64,000 bases of DNA, taken from Myxococcota bacterium. Lineage in GTDB: Bacteria; Myxococcota_A; UBA796; UBA2385. The notes beneath the pieces are model-generated. The model was not told where the DNA came from. It searched no databases and was given only the letters and a program-made list of their open reading frames with translations. The position numbers and the translations under genes are program-made. The stretch covers positions 1 through 64,000 of the forward strand of contig JBIJDH010000026.1 of the NCBI GenBank assembly GCA_044344255.1, read 5' to 3'. How positions within the stretch are numbered: position 1 is the stretch's first letter; every line of letters begins with the position of its first letter. Positions 46,513-56,770 of this stretch are shown here, piece after piece.

Positions 46513-47618
46513 ACGACACCCGATCCCCGCCCCGCGCCGCGCGGCTCGACCTCCGGGTCTCGCCCCGGCGCCGTCGCGCCCGCGGCGCGTTCACCCTCAT
46601 CGAGGTGATGATCGCGATCGCGCTCTCCGCCTTCGCGGTGGCCGGTCTCTACGGCCTGTTCTCTGTTCAGTCTCGACAGTTGATGACCCAGGACATCAAC
46701 ATGGAGATGCACCAGAACCTCCGCTTCGCCTCCGACATGCTCACGCGCAGCGTGCGCGTCGCGGGCTTCGGCACCGCGGGTGAGGTCGCCGGGATCTATG
46801 GGCCCAACGGAGCCTCCGACGAGAACGACCTCCTGCCGGTCATCATCCCCCACGACGGAGGCTCGGACGCCGACGCGATCACGGTCGTCTACGCCGATCC
46901 TTCGCTCCAGATGGAGACCCGCAACGACATCGTGCCCACCTGCGACACCACCGAGCTGGGCTTCCGAGCGGACATGCTCGACTACTCGGAGAAGCTCCAG
47001 CAGTATGTGGCCGGCGACACCCTGCTCTGTATGGACTTCGCCGATATCTCGGGCATGAAGTCGTACCTCTGGTCCATCGCGGGCGCCCCGGACACCACCA
47101 ACGGCACCATCCCCGTCGGGGACCTCTCTGGCTACTCGGACTACGCGGCCCTCTGTGAGCCGGGTGAGAACCTCTCCCCCATCATCTCCTGCTCGCGGGG
47201 CACCGTCGCGACCTTCTACATCGACGCCGTGGATGATGGTGTCGGGCCGGGCTCGGAGAGCCACCCTGTGCTGATGATGGACTCGAACCTGAACTGGCCC
47301 GCCAGCGATGACGTGCCGCTGGTGGACAACATCGAGGACATGCAGATCGAGTACTGCTTGGATGACGGCACCAAGTCCGCCGACTGCTCGCTGTCCACGA
47401 GCTGGGACGATGACTTCGACACCGCCCAGATCACCAACGTCTGGATGGTCCGCATCAGCCTGCTCGTCCGCAGCGCCCGCCCCGACTTCCGCGACCAGTA
47501 CCCCGGCAAGCGGCCGGCGCTCGGCAACCGCACCGAGGGTGGTGATGACAATTACTACCGGGAGACCCTCGTGAACGAGGTCACCGTCCGTAACCTTCGC
47601 TACCAGGCGGGGATCTGA
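46509..47618 (+). CDS. pilW: PilW-like minor pilin
   Basis: A|FTLIEVMIA, QNLRFA.DML...VR.AGF, LVDNIEDMQIEY, VRISLLVRS, VRNL. Confidence 0.85.
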   Translation: MNDTRSPPRAARLDLRVSPRRRRARGAFTLIEVMIAIALSAFAVAGLYGLFSVQSRQLMTQDINMEMHQNLRFASDMLTRSVRVAGFGTAGEVAGIYGPNGASDENDLLPVIIPHDGGSDADAITVVYADPSLQMETRNDIVPTCDTTELGFRADMLDYSEKLQQYVAGDTLLCMDFADISGMKSYLWSIAGAPDTTNGTIPVGDLSGYSDYAALCEPGENLSPIISCSRGTVATFYIDAVDDGVGPGSESHPVLMMDSNLNWPASDDVPLVDNIEDMQIEYCLDDGTKSADCSLSTSWDDDFDTAQITNVWMVRISLLVRSARPDFRDQYPGKRPALGNRTEGGDDNYYRETLVNEVTVRNLRYQAGI

Positions 47619-48184
47619 TGGCACACCGCCGCGCCTCACCGCTGCTCCGCGCCGTAGCCGGGCCCCGCTCGCGCGCCGCGCGAGGCGGCTACGTCATGCT
47701 GGTGGCGCTGCTGCTGCTCGCCATCCTCGCGGTGATCGGCGCCAGCACGCTGCAGGTCGCGGGCATCGACCAGCGCATCGCGCTGCAGAATCGAAAGCAC
47801 ATGTTGGTGCTCAACACGGCGAACGCGGGCATCGAGCACGCGCGCAACACGCTCGAAGACGCGGACCCCTCCGACGAGGGCCTGGATACGGCCTCCACCG
47901 CCCCCGACTTTGTGACGGCCAGCGACGCCGAGACCTCCTTCGGCGGGCTCACCTATGCCCACAACCTCGGCGTCTATTGGGTGAAGGCCACCTTCATGCG
48001 CTGCGGAAATCCGCCCCCTGGCTACTCCACGGAGCTCGGCGTGAACAAGTTTCGCGCGGACTACTGGATGATGAGCTCGACGGCCCGCATGCAGGACACC
48101 GCCTTCAACAACATCAACGAGTCTCAGGCCACCACCGCTGCGGTCCTCCGCAAGGTGAAGTTCGGCTCGTGCAAGATTCGGTAG
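47618..48184 (+). CDS. pilX: PilX-like minor pilin
   Basis: G|YVMLVALLLLAIL (no Glu5), ANAGIE. Confidence 0.8.
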   Translation: MAHRRASPLLRAVAGPRSRAARGGYVMLVALLLLAILAVIGASTLQVAGIDQRIALQNRKHMLVLNTANAGIEHARNTLEDADPSDEGLDTASTAPDFVTASDAETSFGGLTYAHNLGVYWVKATFMRCGNPPPGYSTELGVNKFRADYWMMSSTARMQDTAFNNINESQATTAAVLRKVKFGSCKIR

Positions 48185-48195
48185 GGAGATCATCC

Positions 48196-51100
48196 ATGAA
48201 CCTCCGATTGAACGGCGCCCCACTGCCCTCGCCCCGCCCGAGTGATCCTCGGAGGGCGGGCCTGCTGCCGCTGCTCGGCGCGCTGCTGCTCGCCGCCCCG
48301 GGGTCGGCTCAGGCGGGCTCGGAGTACATCTCCCTCACAGAGGCCGTGCCGCCGAACATCTTGTTCGTGGTGGACATGTCGGCCTCGATGAACGATCCCT
48401 GCCCCGACGGCAGCGGCTCGGGCGGCACCTCGATCTTTTCGACGAACCCCTGTTATGAAGACGTCTTTGACGCGATCGAGAAGGTGGCGCAGCACTTCGA
48501 TTGGGCCCACTACGGGGTGGTCGGCACCAGCGACGATCTGACCGTCTCGGACGGCTACTTCCCCATCGTGCCCCTCGGCACCCCCTACGCCGAGCTCTCC
48601 GCCAAGCTCTCCGCGACCCTCCCCCACGCCACGACCACGAGCAACATCGCCGAGGCGGTGGCGGACGTCGGCGAGAACTACCTCTCCAATTCGACCGCCT
48701 CGGACGGTGTCGACTCCGACGGCGATGGTTTCGATCTCGACTGGGCGGAGGCGCCGATCGAGTTCTCCTGTCAGAAGACACACATCATCGTGATCACGCC
48801 CCAGCGACCGGAGGGTGACACCAACCCGAGCTCGTCCTGGACCGCCTCGCTGCCGACCAAGGACGTGACCTGCGACACCGGGGGCCGCACCACCTCAACC
48901 GACACCGAGTGCCTCTACGACAACGTCGTCTATGGCCTCTACAACGGGGACATGCGGTCGGATCTGCTCGACACGCAGAACGTCACCGTTCACACGCTCG
49001 GCCTCGGCATCCCCGGGACCGCGGTGGCGGAGGAGCTCTTCGGGAACGCCTCCGATCAGATCGGCGGCGCCGGGCTCTACGCCTCCGCGACCTCCGCCGA
49101 CGAGGTGCTGAGCAGCATCCTGCTCATGATGCAGGACATCCGCTCGGGCAGCTTCACCCGCTCCACTCCGGTGCTCTCGGCCGCTGGAAACTACCTCATC
49201 TACACCTACTACGAGCTCAATGGCGACGAGGAGATCGCGCAGCCAGACGGCATGGCCCTCGGCCAGGGGCACATCCGCGCCTACGCGATCGACGACGACC
49301 CCACGAGCAGCACCTACGGGCAGGTCGTCCTCACCGGCCCCACTGAGTTCGGCGGCGCGGTCTGGGACGGCGGCACCTTGCTCGTCAGCCGCCTCGTCAC
49401 CCCGAGCGAGTCAAACCTCGACGACCGCGACGGCGTCGGTCGCCGCGACATCTACACCTTCTTCGAGCCCGCCTATTCGTTGGGTGGCTCGCTGATGTCC
49501 GAGGCCGACAACGACGGTCGCATGGGCTTCGACTACGACTTCGTGACCGAAGTGGCGATGAACCCGACCGCGCTCGACGCCATCCTCGACACCTCGATTT
49601 CGACGACGACGGCGCCCTGCGCCAACGACCAGACCTGGGACTTCTTCGACGACTGCCTCGTGGACGGCGCCGACCTCCAGTCCATGGTCGACTTCGCCCG
49701 CGGTTACAACGACTCCACCTTCCGCTACTTCGACTCCACGCGGGGGCGGTGGCGCCTCGGGGACTCCCCCTACTCGATCCCGGTCGTGGTGGAGGCGCGT
49801 AACAACACCTACGCGATCGACCCCACCTACCGAAAGTTCCTCGACGAGCTCATCGTGAACGAGGAGGCCGGCGTCTCCCCCGACATCGTCCTGCTCGCCG
49901 CCAACGACGGCATGTTGCACGCCTTCTCGCTCAATGACAACCCGAGCACCGCCGACACCGAGGAGGGTGAGGAGCTCTGGGCTTGGATCCCGGGCTACCT
50001 GCTCTACCGCGACCATGACATCGAGTGGGCCGGTCGCCTCGCTGACCTCATGCTCTACGGTCGCACCTTCCTCTTCGACGGCTCGCCGGTGGTGGAGGAC
50101 GTCTGGGTCGACGCCAACGAAGACGGCGTGAAGGACTGCAAGAGCGTCCCGGATGACTGTGAGTGGCGCAGGGTCGTCGTGGTGCAGCAGGGCAAGGGCG
50201 GCCCGGTCACCCTGGCCCTCGACATCACCGACACCGACAGCCCGAAGTTCCTCTGGGAGCAGTGGGACACCGTCGACAAGTCGGCCATCGGCTACACCAT
50301 GGGCCGGCCGGTCATCGCCAACGTCTACGACACGAGCGACCCCGGCAACGTCCACGACCGCTGGGTCGCCCTCTGGGGCTCCGGTCGCGCCGTCCCCTAC
50401 AGCGCGAGCACCGACTACTACACCAAGGCCGAGTCCAACCTGTATATGTGGCATATCGGGGACGACTTCTGGGGCACCTCGGACGTCGGCTATCAGGACG
50501 ACTCCGGCACCGGCCACCCGCGCGGCGACAACAACCACCCGCAGTCGGGCTCCGTGAGCTCCCTCGACGTGGACGGTGACGGACACTACGAGTACGCCTA
50601 CATCTCGGCGGCCTTGGCCGTGGTGGACACGAACTCGGACGGTGACGCCGATACGATGTACTTCCCGGTGACCACCACCTACACCGCCACCGACGAGGGC
50701 GGCGGTGGTCCCTCCGACGTGCAGGATCCCGGCTCCACCTGGATGTACAAGGCCTGCATTGACCCCACGGACCCTGGCAACCTCACCTGGATCGAGTTCT
50801 TCGACCCCAAGGTGGACGGTGGGCTCTCCGAGCGGCCCGAGGTCTTCTACGCTGCGACCACCGCCTGGCAGACCGACGGCTCGCTCGGCGTCTACTGGGG
50901 CACGGGCACCCCCTTCGGCCGCAGCTCCAGCTCCTCCGCGGGCTACTTCTTCGCTGTCCGGGACACGGACCCGAGCAACTGCGACACCGACACCATGCAG
51001 CCCATCGACGACTGTGGCGCCAACGGCGTCTACACCATGGAGACCGGCGAGGGCCTCACCGCGGACCCCATCGTCTACGCGGGCGTCGTCTACTACTCCA

Positions 51101-51393
51101 CCTGGAAGCCCGCTCTGGACCTCTGCGACGGTGGCACCGGGCGCCTGTACGGCCTCGACTACCGGGACTGCGCCGCCGGCATCGACACCGACGGCAGCGG
51201 GGCGGTCACCAGCGACGATCTGGCTTACGTAGAGACGGCGGGCTCCTACATCTCGGGCGTCGCGGTCAGCGACAAGGGCACCCTCTTTTATGGGAGCTCC
51301 GCCTACGACGAGACGGGCACGGGGATCGGGACGATCACCGCGAACAACCCCTTCCTCGGTACGGCGACCCTCGCCTGGATGGAGGTCTTCTAA
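48196..51393 (+). CDS. pilY1: PilY1-like tip adhesin (vWA + beta-propeller)
   Basis: PPNILFVVDMSASM (MIDAS), LGD..S.P, ANDGMLHAF, ELWAWIP, DGSP, ALDIT..D.PKFLWE; several DxDxDG loops. Confidence 0.9.
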   Translation: MNLRLNGAPLPSPRPSDPRRAGLLPLLGALLLAAPGSAQAGSEYISLTEAVPPNILFVVDMSASMNDPCPDGSGSGGTSIFSTNPCYEDVFDAIEKVAQHFDWAHYGVVGTSDDLTVSDGYFPIVPLGTPYAELSAKLSATLPHATTTSNIAEAVADVGENYLSNSTASDGVDSDGDGFDLDWAEAPIEFSCQKTHIIVITPQRPEGDTNPSSSWTASLPTKDVTCDTGGRTTSTDTECLYDNVVYGLYNGDMRSDLLDTQNVTVHTLGLGIPGTAVAEELFGNASDQIGGAGLYASATSADEVLSSILLMMQDIRSGSFTRSTPVLSAAGNYLIYTYYELNGDEEIAQPDGMALGQGHIRAYAIDDDPTSSTYGQVVLTGPTEFGGAVWDGGTLLVSRLVTPSESNLDDRDGVGRRDIYTFFEPAYSLGGSLMSEADNDGRMGFDYDFVTEVAMNPTALDAILDTSISTTTAPCANDQTWDFFDDCLVDGADLQSMVDFARGYNDSTFRYFDSTRGRWRLGDSPYSIPVVVEARNNTYAIDPTYRKFLDELIVNEEAGVSPDIVLLAANDGMLHAFSLNDNPSTADTEEGEELWAWIPGYLLYRDHDIEWAGRLADLMLYGRTFLFDGSPVVEDVWVDANEDGVKDCKSVPDDCEWRRVVVVQQGKGGPVTLALDITDTDSPKFLWEQWDTVDKSAIGYTMGRPVIANVYDTSDPGNVHDRWVALWGSGRAVPYSASTDYYTKAESNLYMWHIGDDFWGTSDVGYQDDSGTGHPRGDNNHPQSGSVSSLDVDGDGHYEYAYISAALAVVDTNSDGDADTMYFPVTTTYTATDEGGGGPSDVQDPGSTWMYKACIDPTDPGNLTWIEFFDPKVDGGLSERPEVFYAATTAWQTDGSLGVYWGTGTPFGRSSSSSAGYFFAVRDTDPSNCDTDTMQPIDDCGANGVYTMETGEGLTADPIVYAGVVYYSTWKPALDLCDGGTGRLYGLDYRDCAAGIDTDGSGAVTSDDLAYVETAGSYISGVAVSDKGTLFYGSSAYDETGTGIGTITANNPFLGTATLAWMEVF

Positions 51394-52545
51394 GTGCTCA
51401 TCCGGGTGCGGTCGGGCCTGGGCGAGGTGGCGGCCTCGGGTTGGGACGCGCTCGTCCCCCCAAACGATCCCTTCACCACCCACGCCTTCCTCTCGACGCT
51501 GGAGGAGAGCGGGAGTGTGAGCCCCGAGACGGGCTGGCAGCCCTTGCACCTCGTCATCGAGCGGCAGGGCCAGCTCGTCGCCGCGGCTCCCCTCTACCTG
51601 AAGGGCCACAGCTACGGAGAGTACATCTTCGACTGGGGGTGGGCGCGCGCGGCCGAGGGGGCGGGCATCCCCTACTACCCGAAGCTCTCCTGCGCGGTGC
51701 CCTTCACCCCGGCGACCGGCAGCCGGCTGCTCGTGCACCCCGACGAGGCCGATCCCGCCGCGCTGCGGCGCCTCCTCGTCCAGGGGATGCGCTCGCTCGC
51801 TGATCAGACGCGCGCGAGCTCGATCCACCTCCTCTTCCTGCCGGAGGCTGAGCTCGAGGCGACCGAGGGGCTCCGCTTCACCCCGCGCCTCAGCCACCAG
51901 TATCACTGGGAGTCGCCGGGAGTGGCCAGCTTCGAGGCTTGGCTCGGCCTCTTTCGGCACCATGATCGTAAGGAGGCCCGCCGCGAGCGTCGCCGCCCGG
52001 CTGACCAGGGCGCCATCGTGCGGGTGGTGCCCGGCGCCGAGCTCAGCCCGCGGCAGTGGGCCGCCCTCGAGGGCTTCTACCGGAGCACCGTCGATCGGAA
52101 GTGGGGGGAGGCCTACCTGAGCCCCGCCTTCTTCGCCCTCGCCCCGACCCGCCTCGCCCACCTCGCCCTCGGCATCCTCGCCGAGGTCGATGGCGAGCCC
52201 GTCGCGGGCTCCCTCCTCTTCCAGCGCGGCGCCCACCTCTACGGCCGCTACTGGGGCTGTAAGGAGGGCTATGAGAAGCTGCACTTCGAGCTCTGTTATC
52301 ACAAGCCGATCGAGCTCTGTATCGAGCGCGGCTGGACCCGCTTCGAGGCCGGAGCCCAGGGGGACCACAAGCTGAAGCGCGGGCTCCTGCCGAGCGCCAC
52401 CCGCTCCGCCCACTGGCTGCGAGACCCCGGCCTCGCCGACGCGGTCCGGAGGGCGGTCCAGCAGGAGACGGTGGCGGTGACGCGGCAGATGGAGGCCCTC
52501 GCCAGCCACGGCCCCTTTCGGGTGGAGCCGCAACCGGGCCCGTGA
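51394..52545 (+). CDS. FemAB-like GNAT protein (DUF482)
   Basis: PLYLKGHSYGEYIFDWGWA, YYPKL..AVPFTP.TG, LYGRYWG, LHFELCYH, FEAGAQG.HKL.RG. Confidence 0.92.
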   Translation: MLIRVRSGLGEVAASGWDALVPPNDPFTTHAFLSTLEESGSVSPETGWQPLHLVIERQGQLVAAAPLYLKGHSYGEYIFDWGWARAAEGAGIPYYPKLSCAVPFTPATGSRLLVHPDEADPAALRRLLVQGMRSLADQTRASSIHLLFLPEAELEATEGLRFTPRLSHQYHWESPGVASFEAWLGLFRHHDRKEARRERRRPADQGAIVRVVPGAELSPRQWAALEGFYRSTVDRKWGEAYLSPAFFALAPTRLAHLALGILAEVDGEPVAGSLLFQRGAHLYGRYWGCKEGYEKLHFELCYHKPIELCIERGWTRFEAGAQGDHKLKRGLLPSATRSAHWLRDPGLADAVRRAVQQETVAVTRQMEALASHGPFRVEPQPGP

Positions 52546-52602
52546 GCGGGCTCCGCGCCGGTCCCCCTGGCCCCGTCGCCCCGGCCCCGCTAATGGCCGG
52601 CG

Positions 52603-53979
52603 ATGCCCTGGTTCCGTGATCGCAGGCTCCTCTTCGCCCTCGCCTTGGGCCTCGTGGTCCGCCTCCTGTTCGCCCTCAGCTCGTACGACGACGCCTGCAT
52701 CCGCGACGAGTGCACCTACCTCAAGATGGCGGAGCGCCTCGTGTCCGGGCAGGGCATTACGAGCTCTGCCGGCTGGCTCTGGGCCCCGGGCTACCCCTTC
52801 CTGCTCGGCGTCGCCAAGTACCTTTTCGGCTACGGCGCCGGGATCGTGGCGCTCCAGATCGTCTGCGCGGGAGTCTCGGCGGTCCTGGTGTACGCCATGG
52901 CCCTGCGGGCCTTTGAGGGTGACACCCGGGTGGCCCGCACCGCTGCCTTGCTGTACCTGTTGTCGCCGCACCAGGCCTTCTTTTCGACCCGGCTCTGGAG
53001 CGAGGTGATCTACGGCACCATCCTCCTTGGCGTCCTGCTGCTGATCGACCGCGCCCGCCGCCAGGCCGCGGGCGCCTCGCCGGGGAGCGGCCTCCGCACC
53101 GCTGCCCTCGTGGGCTTCCTCGCGGGTACGTGCGTGCTCTTCCGCGGCGTGGCCACCTATATGGTGCCCATCCTCGCCCTCGGCTTCATCTGGGGGCGCT
53201 GGCGGCTCCGCGTCGCCCAGAAGCAGGTGGTGATGATGGTCGCGCTGACCGCGATCACGGTGGCCCCCTACAGCGCCTACGCCACGCACAAGTTCGGCGC
53301 CTTCGTCATCACCGACCGCACCCTCGGCCAGATGATGTACCTCGGCAACAACGACTTCGAGCCCATCAGCTTCGACTACGGCAACGGGGAGCTCAGCAAG
53401 CGGGCCTTCGACCGGGAGCGGGCGAAGGGCCGCGAGCCCTGCGCGGCGCGCGCCAACGCGATGGACCGTGACACCTGCCAGACGCAGGAGGGTGTGCGGT
53501 GGATAGAGGAGAATCCGCTCCAGTTCGTGAAGCGGATGCCGCTTCGGGTGGCGCAGATGCTCACGCCGCACACCCTGCTTACTCGCCACCTCCGCTGGGA
53601 TCGCTGGCCGGGCATGCCCTGGTGGCTCGATGAGGCCCTCATCCTCTGGACGGTCGGCTGGTCGCTGGTGGTGCTGCTCGTGGGCGCCCCCGCGCTCGCC
53701 GCCCGCGCCAAGGGGGCGATCGGCCTCGTCATCGGCCTCATCCTCCTCTACCATGTGGCGGCCATCTCGGTCCTCGCTGGGATCTCCCGCTACCGGGTGC
53801 CGCTCGAGCCCTTCTTGATGGTCTACGCCGCGGCCGCCCTCGCGCGGCCGGCCGACACCTGGGAGGCGCTGCGCCGCCACCGCTGGCGGCTGGGCCTGAG
53901 CGCGCTGGTTCTCCTCGTGATGCTGCCGCTCGTGCTCTGGTTCCTCCCCGCAGGCTGGCCGGAGTGGCGCCACTGGTAG
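52603..53979 (+). CDS. GT-C (ArnT/GT39-like) membrane glycosyltransferase
   Basis: DE..Y..MA, PGYPFLL, YLGNN, RYRVPLEP; many TM segments. Confidence 0.8.
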   Translation: MPWFRDRRLLFALALGLVVRLLFALSSYDDACIRDECTYLKMAERLVSGQGITSSAGWLWAPGYPFLLGVAKYLFGYGAGIVALQIVCAGVSAVLVYAMALRAFEGDTRVARTAALLYLLSPHQAFFSTRLWSEVIYGTILLGVLLLIDRARRQAAGASPGSGLRTAALVGFLAGTCVLFRGVATYMVPILALGFIWGRWRLRVAQKQVVMMVALTAITVAPYSAYATHKFGAFVITDRTLGQMMYLGNNDFEPISFDYGNGELSKRAFDRERAKGREPCAARANAMDRDTCQTQEGVRWIEENPLQFVKRMPLRVAQMLTPHTLLTRHLRWDRWPGMPWWLDEALILWTVGWSLVVLLVGAPALAARAKGAIGLVIGLILLYHVAAISVLAGISRYRVPLEPFLMVYAAAALARPADTWEALRRHRWRLGLSALVLLVMLPLVLWFLPAGWPEWRHW

Positions 53980-54011
53980 GCGGTGCCTCGGCGCTTGAAT
54001 TAGTGGCTCGG

Positions 54012-55622
54012 ATGTCCCGGCTGACCCTTGCCTGCCCTCGAGACTCGGCGCGCCACCGCGCCGCGCCGCTGGCCTCCGCCCTCCTCGTGGCCTGCTCCGG
54101 GGAGCCCACCTTGCCCGCAGGGGCCTCGGGGGAGCCCGACATCGTGCTGCTGAGCGTCGACACGCTGCGCGCCGATCACCTCGGCGTCTATGGGTATGGC
54201 CGCGACACGAGCCCCACCTTTGACACGCTGGCCCGCGACGGAGTCCGCTTCTCAGCGGCCCGCAGCGCCTCTCCTTGGACGCTCCCCGCGCACACGACCA
54301 TGCTCTCCGGGCAGCTCCCCGAGACCCACCACGTCGTCGAAGACACGCTCTCGCTCGACGCCGGCGTCCCCGTGCTGCCCGAGCTTCTCCAGGCGAAGGG
54401 CTTCGCCACGGGGGGCTTCGTGGCCACCCTCTATGTCTCCCGCCTCTTCCACTTCGAGCGCGGCTTCGATCAATTCGAGGACTTTGACCTCAAGACCGAG
54501 CGGCAGAACCTCGCCGGGGAGGTCACCGCCGAGGACGTGGTGGACAAGGCGCTCTCCTGGTGGTCGGCCCAGCCGCCGGGGAAGCCCGTCTTCCTCTTTC
54601 TGCATGTATATGATGTTCATTATCAGTATGATCCGCCGGCGCCCTACTCTACCCTCTTTGATCGCGCGCCAGAAGGCGATGACGCCCGTTACAAGAGCTA
54701 CGCCTTCTACAAGAAGAAGAAGCTCAAGGCCGCGCAGATGGAGCATCAGGTCGCGCAGTATGACGAGTCGATCCGGTACGTGAATGATCAGGTGGCGCGG
54801 GTCGCCGCCGCGGCCGCTGCCGCAGGTCGGAAGATTCGATGGGCGATCACGGCCGATCATGGGGAAGAGTTCGGCGAGCGCGGCTCCTGGGGGCATGCCC
54901 ATACCCTGTACAATGAGCAGCTCCACGTGCCGCTGATCTTGTCCGGTGAGGGTGTCCCTGCGGGTCTGGTCGTGGACAGACCGGTCGGCACGCAGGACAT
55001 CGCCCCCACCCTCGCCGCGTGGGCCGGGGCCACCGGCCTCCAGGCCGACGGGCTCGATCTCAGCGCCCTCCTCGCCGGGGCCAGCCTCCCTGAGCGGCCC
55101 TTCCCCGCCGAGACGAGCCGCTTCAAGACCAACCGGATCGGGCTGCTGGAGGGGCCCTACCGCATCGAGTGGGACCTCGAGCACGACCGCGCCGAGGTCT
55201 TCGACACTCGGGTCGACCCCGCCGAGGCGAAGCCGCTCGCCGATCCCGCGCTCCGCCAGGCCCTCCAGGCTCGGGTGGAGGCGGTCTGGGGCCTGCCGTG
55301 GGAGGCCAAGGTCGCCGGGAAGGTGCGCAGCACGGGAGTCATCCTCTCGAAGGGCCGCCACACCGAGCTCGTCGTCGCGCCGGGTGACCGCTTCCTCGTG
55401 ATGCCCCCCGACGCGGACCTCCACTTCGAGGGCGCGTCCGGGGTGGCGGGGCCCTACCGCGCGGCCGGCGGGGCGCAGCCCGGTCCGTCGGACCCCGTCT
55501 CCTGGGGCGGCCAGGGGAGGGTGAAGGGCGTCGAGCTCGACGCACAGACGCGCGAGATGTTGGAGAAGCTCGGCTACGTTCAGGGTGAGGAAGAGGCCCC
55601 GGCCGGGGCTCCCGAGCCTTGA
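54012..55622 (+). CDS. Sulfatase-like lipoprotein
   Basis: LVAC lipobox; SVDTLRADHLG.YGY.R.TSP, PWTLPAH, TADHGEEF.E.G..GH, LEKLGYV. Confidence 0.88.
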   Translation: MSRLTLACPRDSARHRAAPLASALLVACSGEPTLPAGASGEPDIVLLSVDTLRADHLGVYGYGRDTSPTFDTLARDGVRFSAARSASPWTLPAHTTMLSGQLPETHHVVEDTLSLDAGVPVLPELLQAKGFATGGFVATLYVSRLFHFERGFDQFEDFDLKTERQNLAGEVTAEDVVDKALSWWSAQPPGKPVFLFLHVYDVHYQYDPPAPYSTLFDRAPEGDDARYKSYAFYKKKKLKAAQMEHQVAQYDESIRYVNDQVARVAAAAAAAGRKIRWAITADHGEEFGERGSWGHAHTLYNEQLHVPLILSGEGVPAGLVVDRPVGTQDIAPTLAAWAGATGLQADGLDLSALLAGASLPERPFPAETSRFKTNRIGLLEGPYRIEWDLEHDRAEVFDTRVDPAEAKPLADPALRQALQARVEAVWGLPWEAKVAGKVRSTGVILSKGRHTELVVAPGDRFLVMPPDADLHFEGASGVAGPYRAAGGAQPGPSDPVSWGGQGRVKGVELDAQTREMLEKLGYVQGEEEAPAGAPEP

Positions 55623-56728
55623 CCACCGCGGGGGCCTCGGCGCCGCCGCCCGCGCGCCGGTGGTTGGTCGTCACGGTGGACTTCCCGCCGGCCTTCACCG
55701 GAGGGATCGCGGCGTGGGCCCAAGACCTCGCCTTGGCGCTCTATGGGGCCGGCGAGGCGGTCACCGTGCTGGCCCGCGGTGGCGCCGACACCGCCGCCGC
55801 GGACGCCGCGCTCCCCTTCCCCGTGATCCGCATGGCGGGCCGCTCCTGGGGCTCCTGGCAGGGGACCTGGGCCCTCCTTCAGGCGGGACCCCACCTCGGC
55901 CCGGGCGTCATCGCCGTGGCCGCCACCTGGCGCCTCGCCACCGGCCTCGCCGCCTTCACCCGGGCCCTCGGCGCGCGGCTCGTGGTCGCCTTTCACGGCA
56001 GCGACCTGAGCACCCTCCGCTCCGCCCCCGCCGCGCTGCGCCGGGTGGTCGAAGGCGCGGACGCCCTCACCCCCGTCTCGGCCTTCCTCCGCGAGGAGCT
56101 CGTGCGGCTCGGCCTCGCCGCCGATCATGCGCAGGTCCTGCCGATGCCCCTCGCCCTGCCGCCGGCCCGCCTCGGCTCCGGGGAGGGGCTGGCCCTCGTC
56201 TGTCGGCTCACGCCCCTCAAGGGGGTGGATCGGGCACGGCGCCTCGCGCAGGCCCTGGGCGAGCCCCTGACCGTGGTGGGCGACGGACCCGCCCGTGCGC
56301 TCCTCGAGGGGCAGCCCGGCGTTCGGCTCCTCGGCGCTCGGCCTCGAGTCGAGGCGCTGCGGGTGATGGCCGGGGCCCGCGCGGTCCTCCTGCTCCCCGA
56401 GACCGACGGGCAGGGCATGGGCGCCGAGGGCCTCGGGCTCTGCTTGATCGAGGCGGCCGCCCAGGGGGTGCCCGTGATCGGCTGCCGCACGGGCGGCGTC
56501 CCCGAGGCGACCGGCCCGGGCCTGCTGCTCGAAGACCCCGACCATCCCGACCTCGCCGCCGTTCGACGCTTCCTCGACGATCCGGCGGCCGGCCTGCGCG
56601 CCCACGCCTGGGCTCACGGGGCCCACGGGGCGAGCCGGTCCACGGCGGTCCTGCGCGCGCTCGTGGGGGAGCCGCGCCCCCGGCATCGAGGGCTGAGGCC
56701 GCCCTTCGCGGGGGGGCGACCGGGCTGA
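55619..56728 (+). CDS. GT4 glycosyltransferase (PimB-like)
   Basis: DFPP..GGI, RL.P.KG, EGLGL..IEAAA.G.PVIG..GG.PEA. Confidence 0.88.
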   Translation: MTTAGASAPPPARRWLVVTVDFPPAFTGGIAAWAQDLALALYGAGEAVTVLARGGADTAAADAALPFPVIRMAGRSWGSWQGTWALLQAGPHLGPGVIAVAATWRLATGLAAFTRALGARLVVAFHGSDLSTLRSAPAALRRVVEGADALTPVSAFLREELVRLGLAADHAQVLPMPLALPPARLGSGEGLALVCRLTPLKGVDRARRLAQALGEPLTVVGDGPARALLEGQPGVRLLGARPRVEALRVMAGARAVLLLPETDGQGMGAEGLGLCLIEAAAQGVPVIGCRTGGVPEATGPGLLLEDPDHPDLAAVRRFLDDPAAGLRAHAWAHGAHGASRSTAVLRALVGEPRPRHRGLRPPFAGGRPG

Positions 56729-56770
56729 TTCCCGGAGGGGGGGTTAGGTCGCGGGCTCTTCGGAGCGCCG

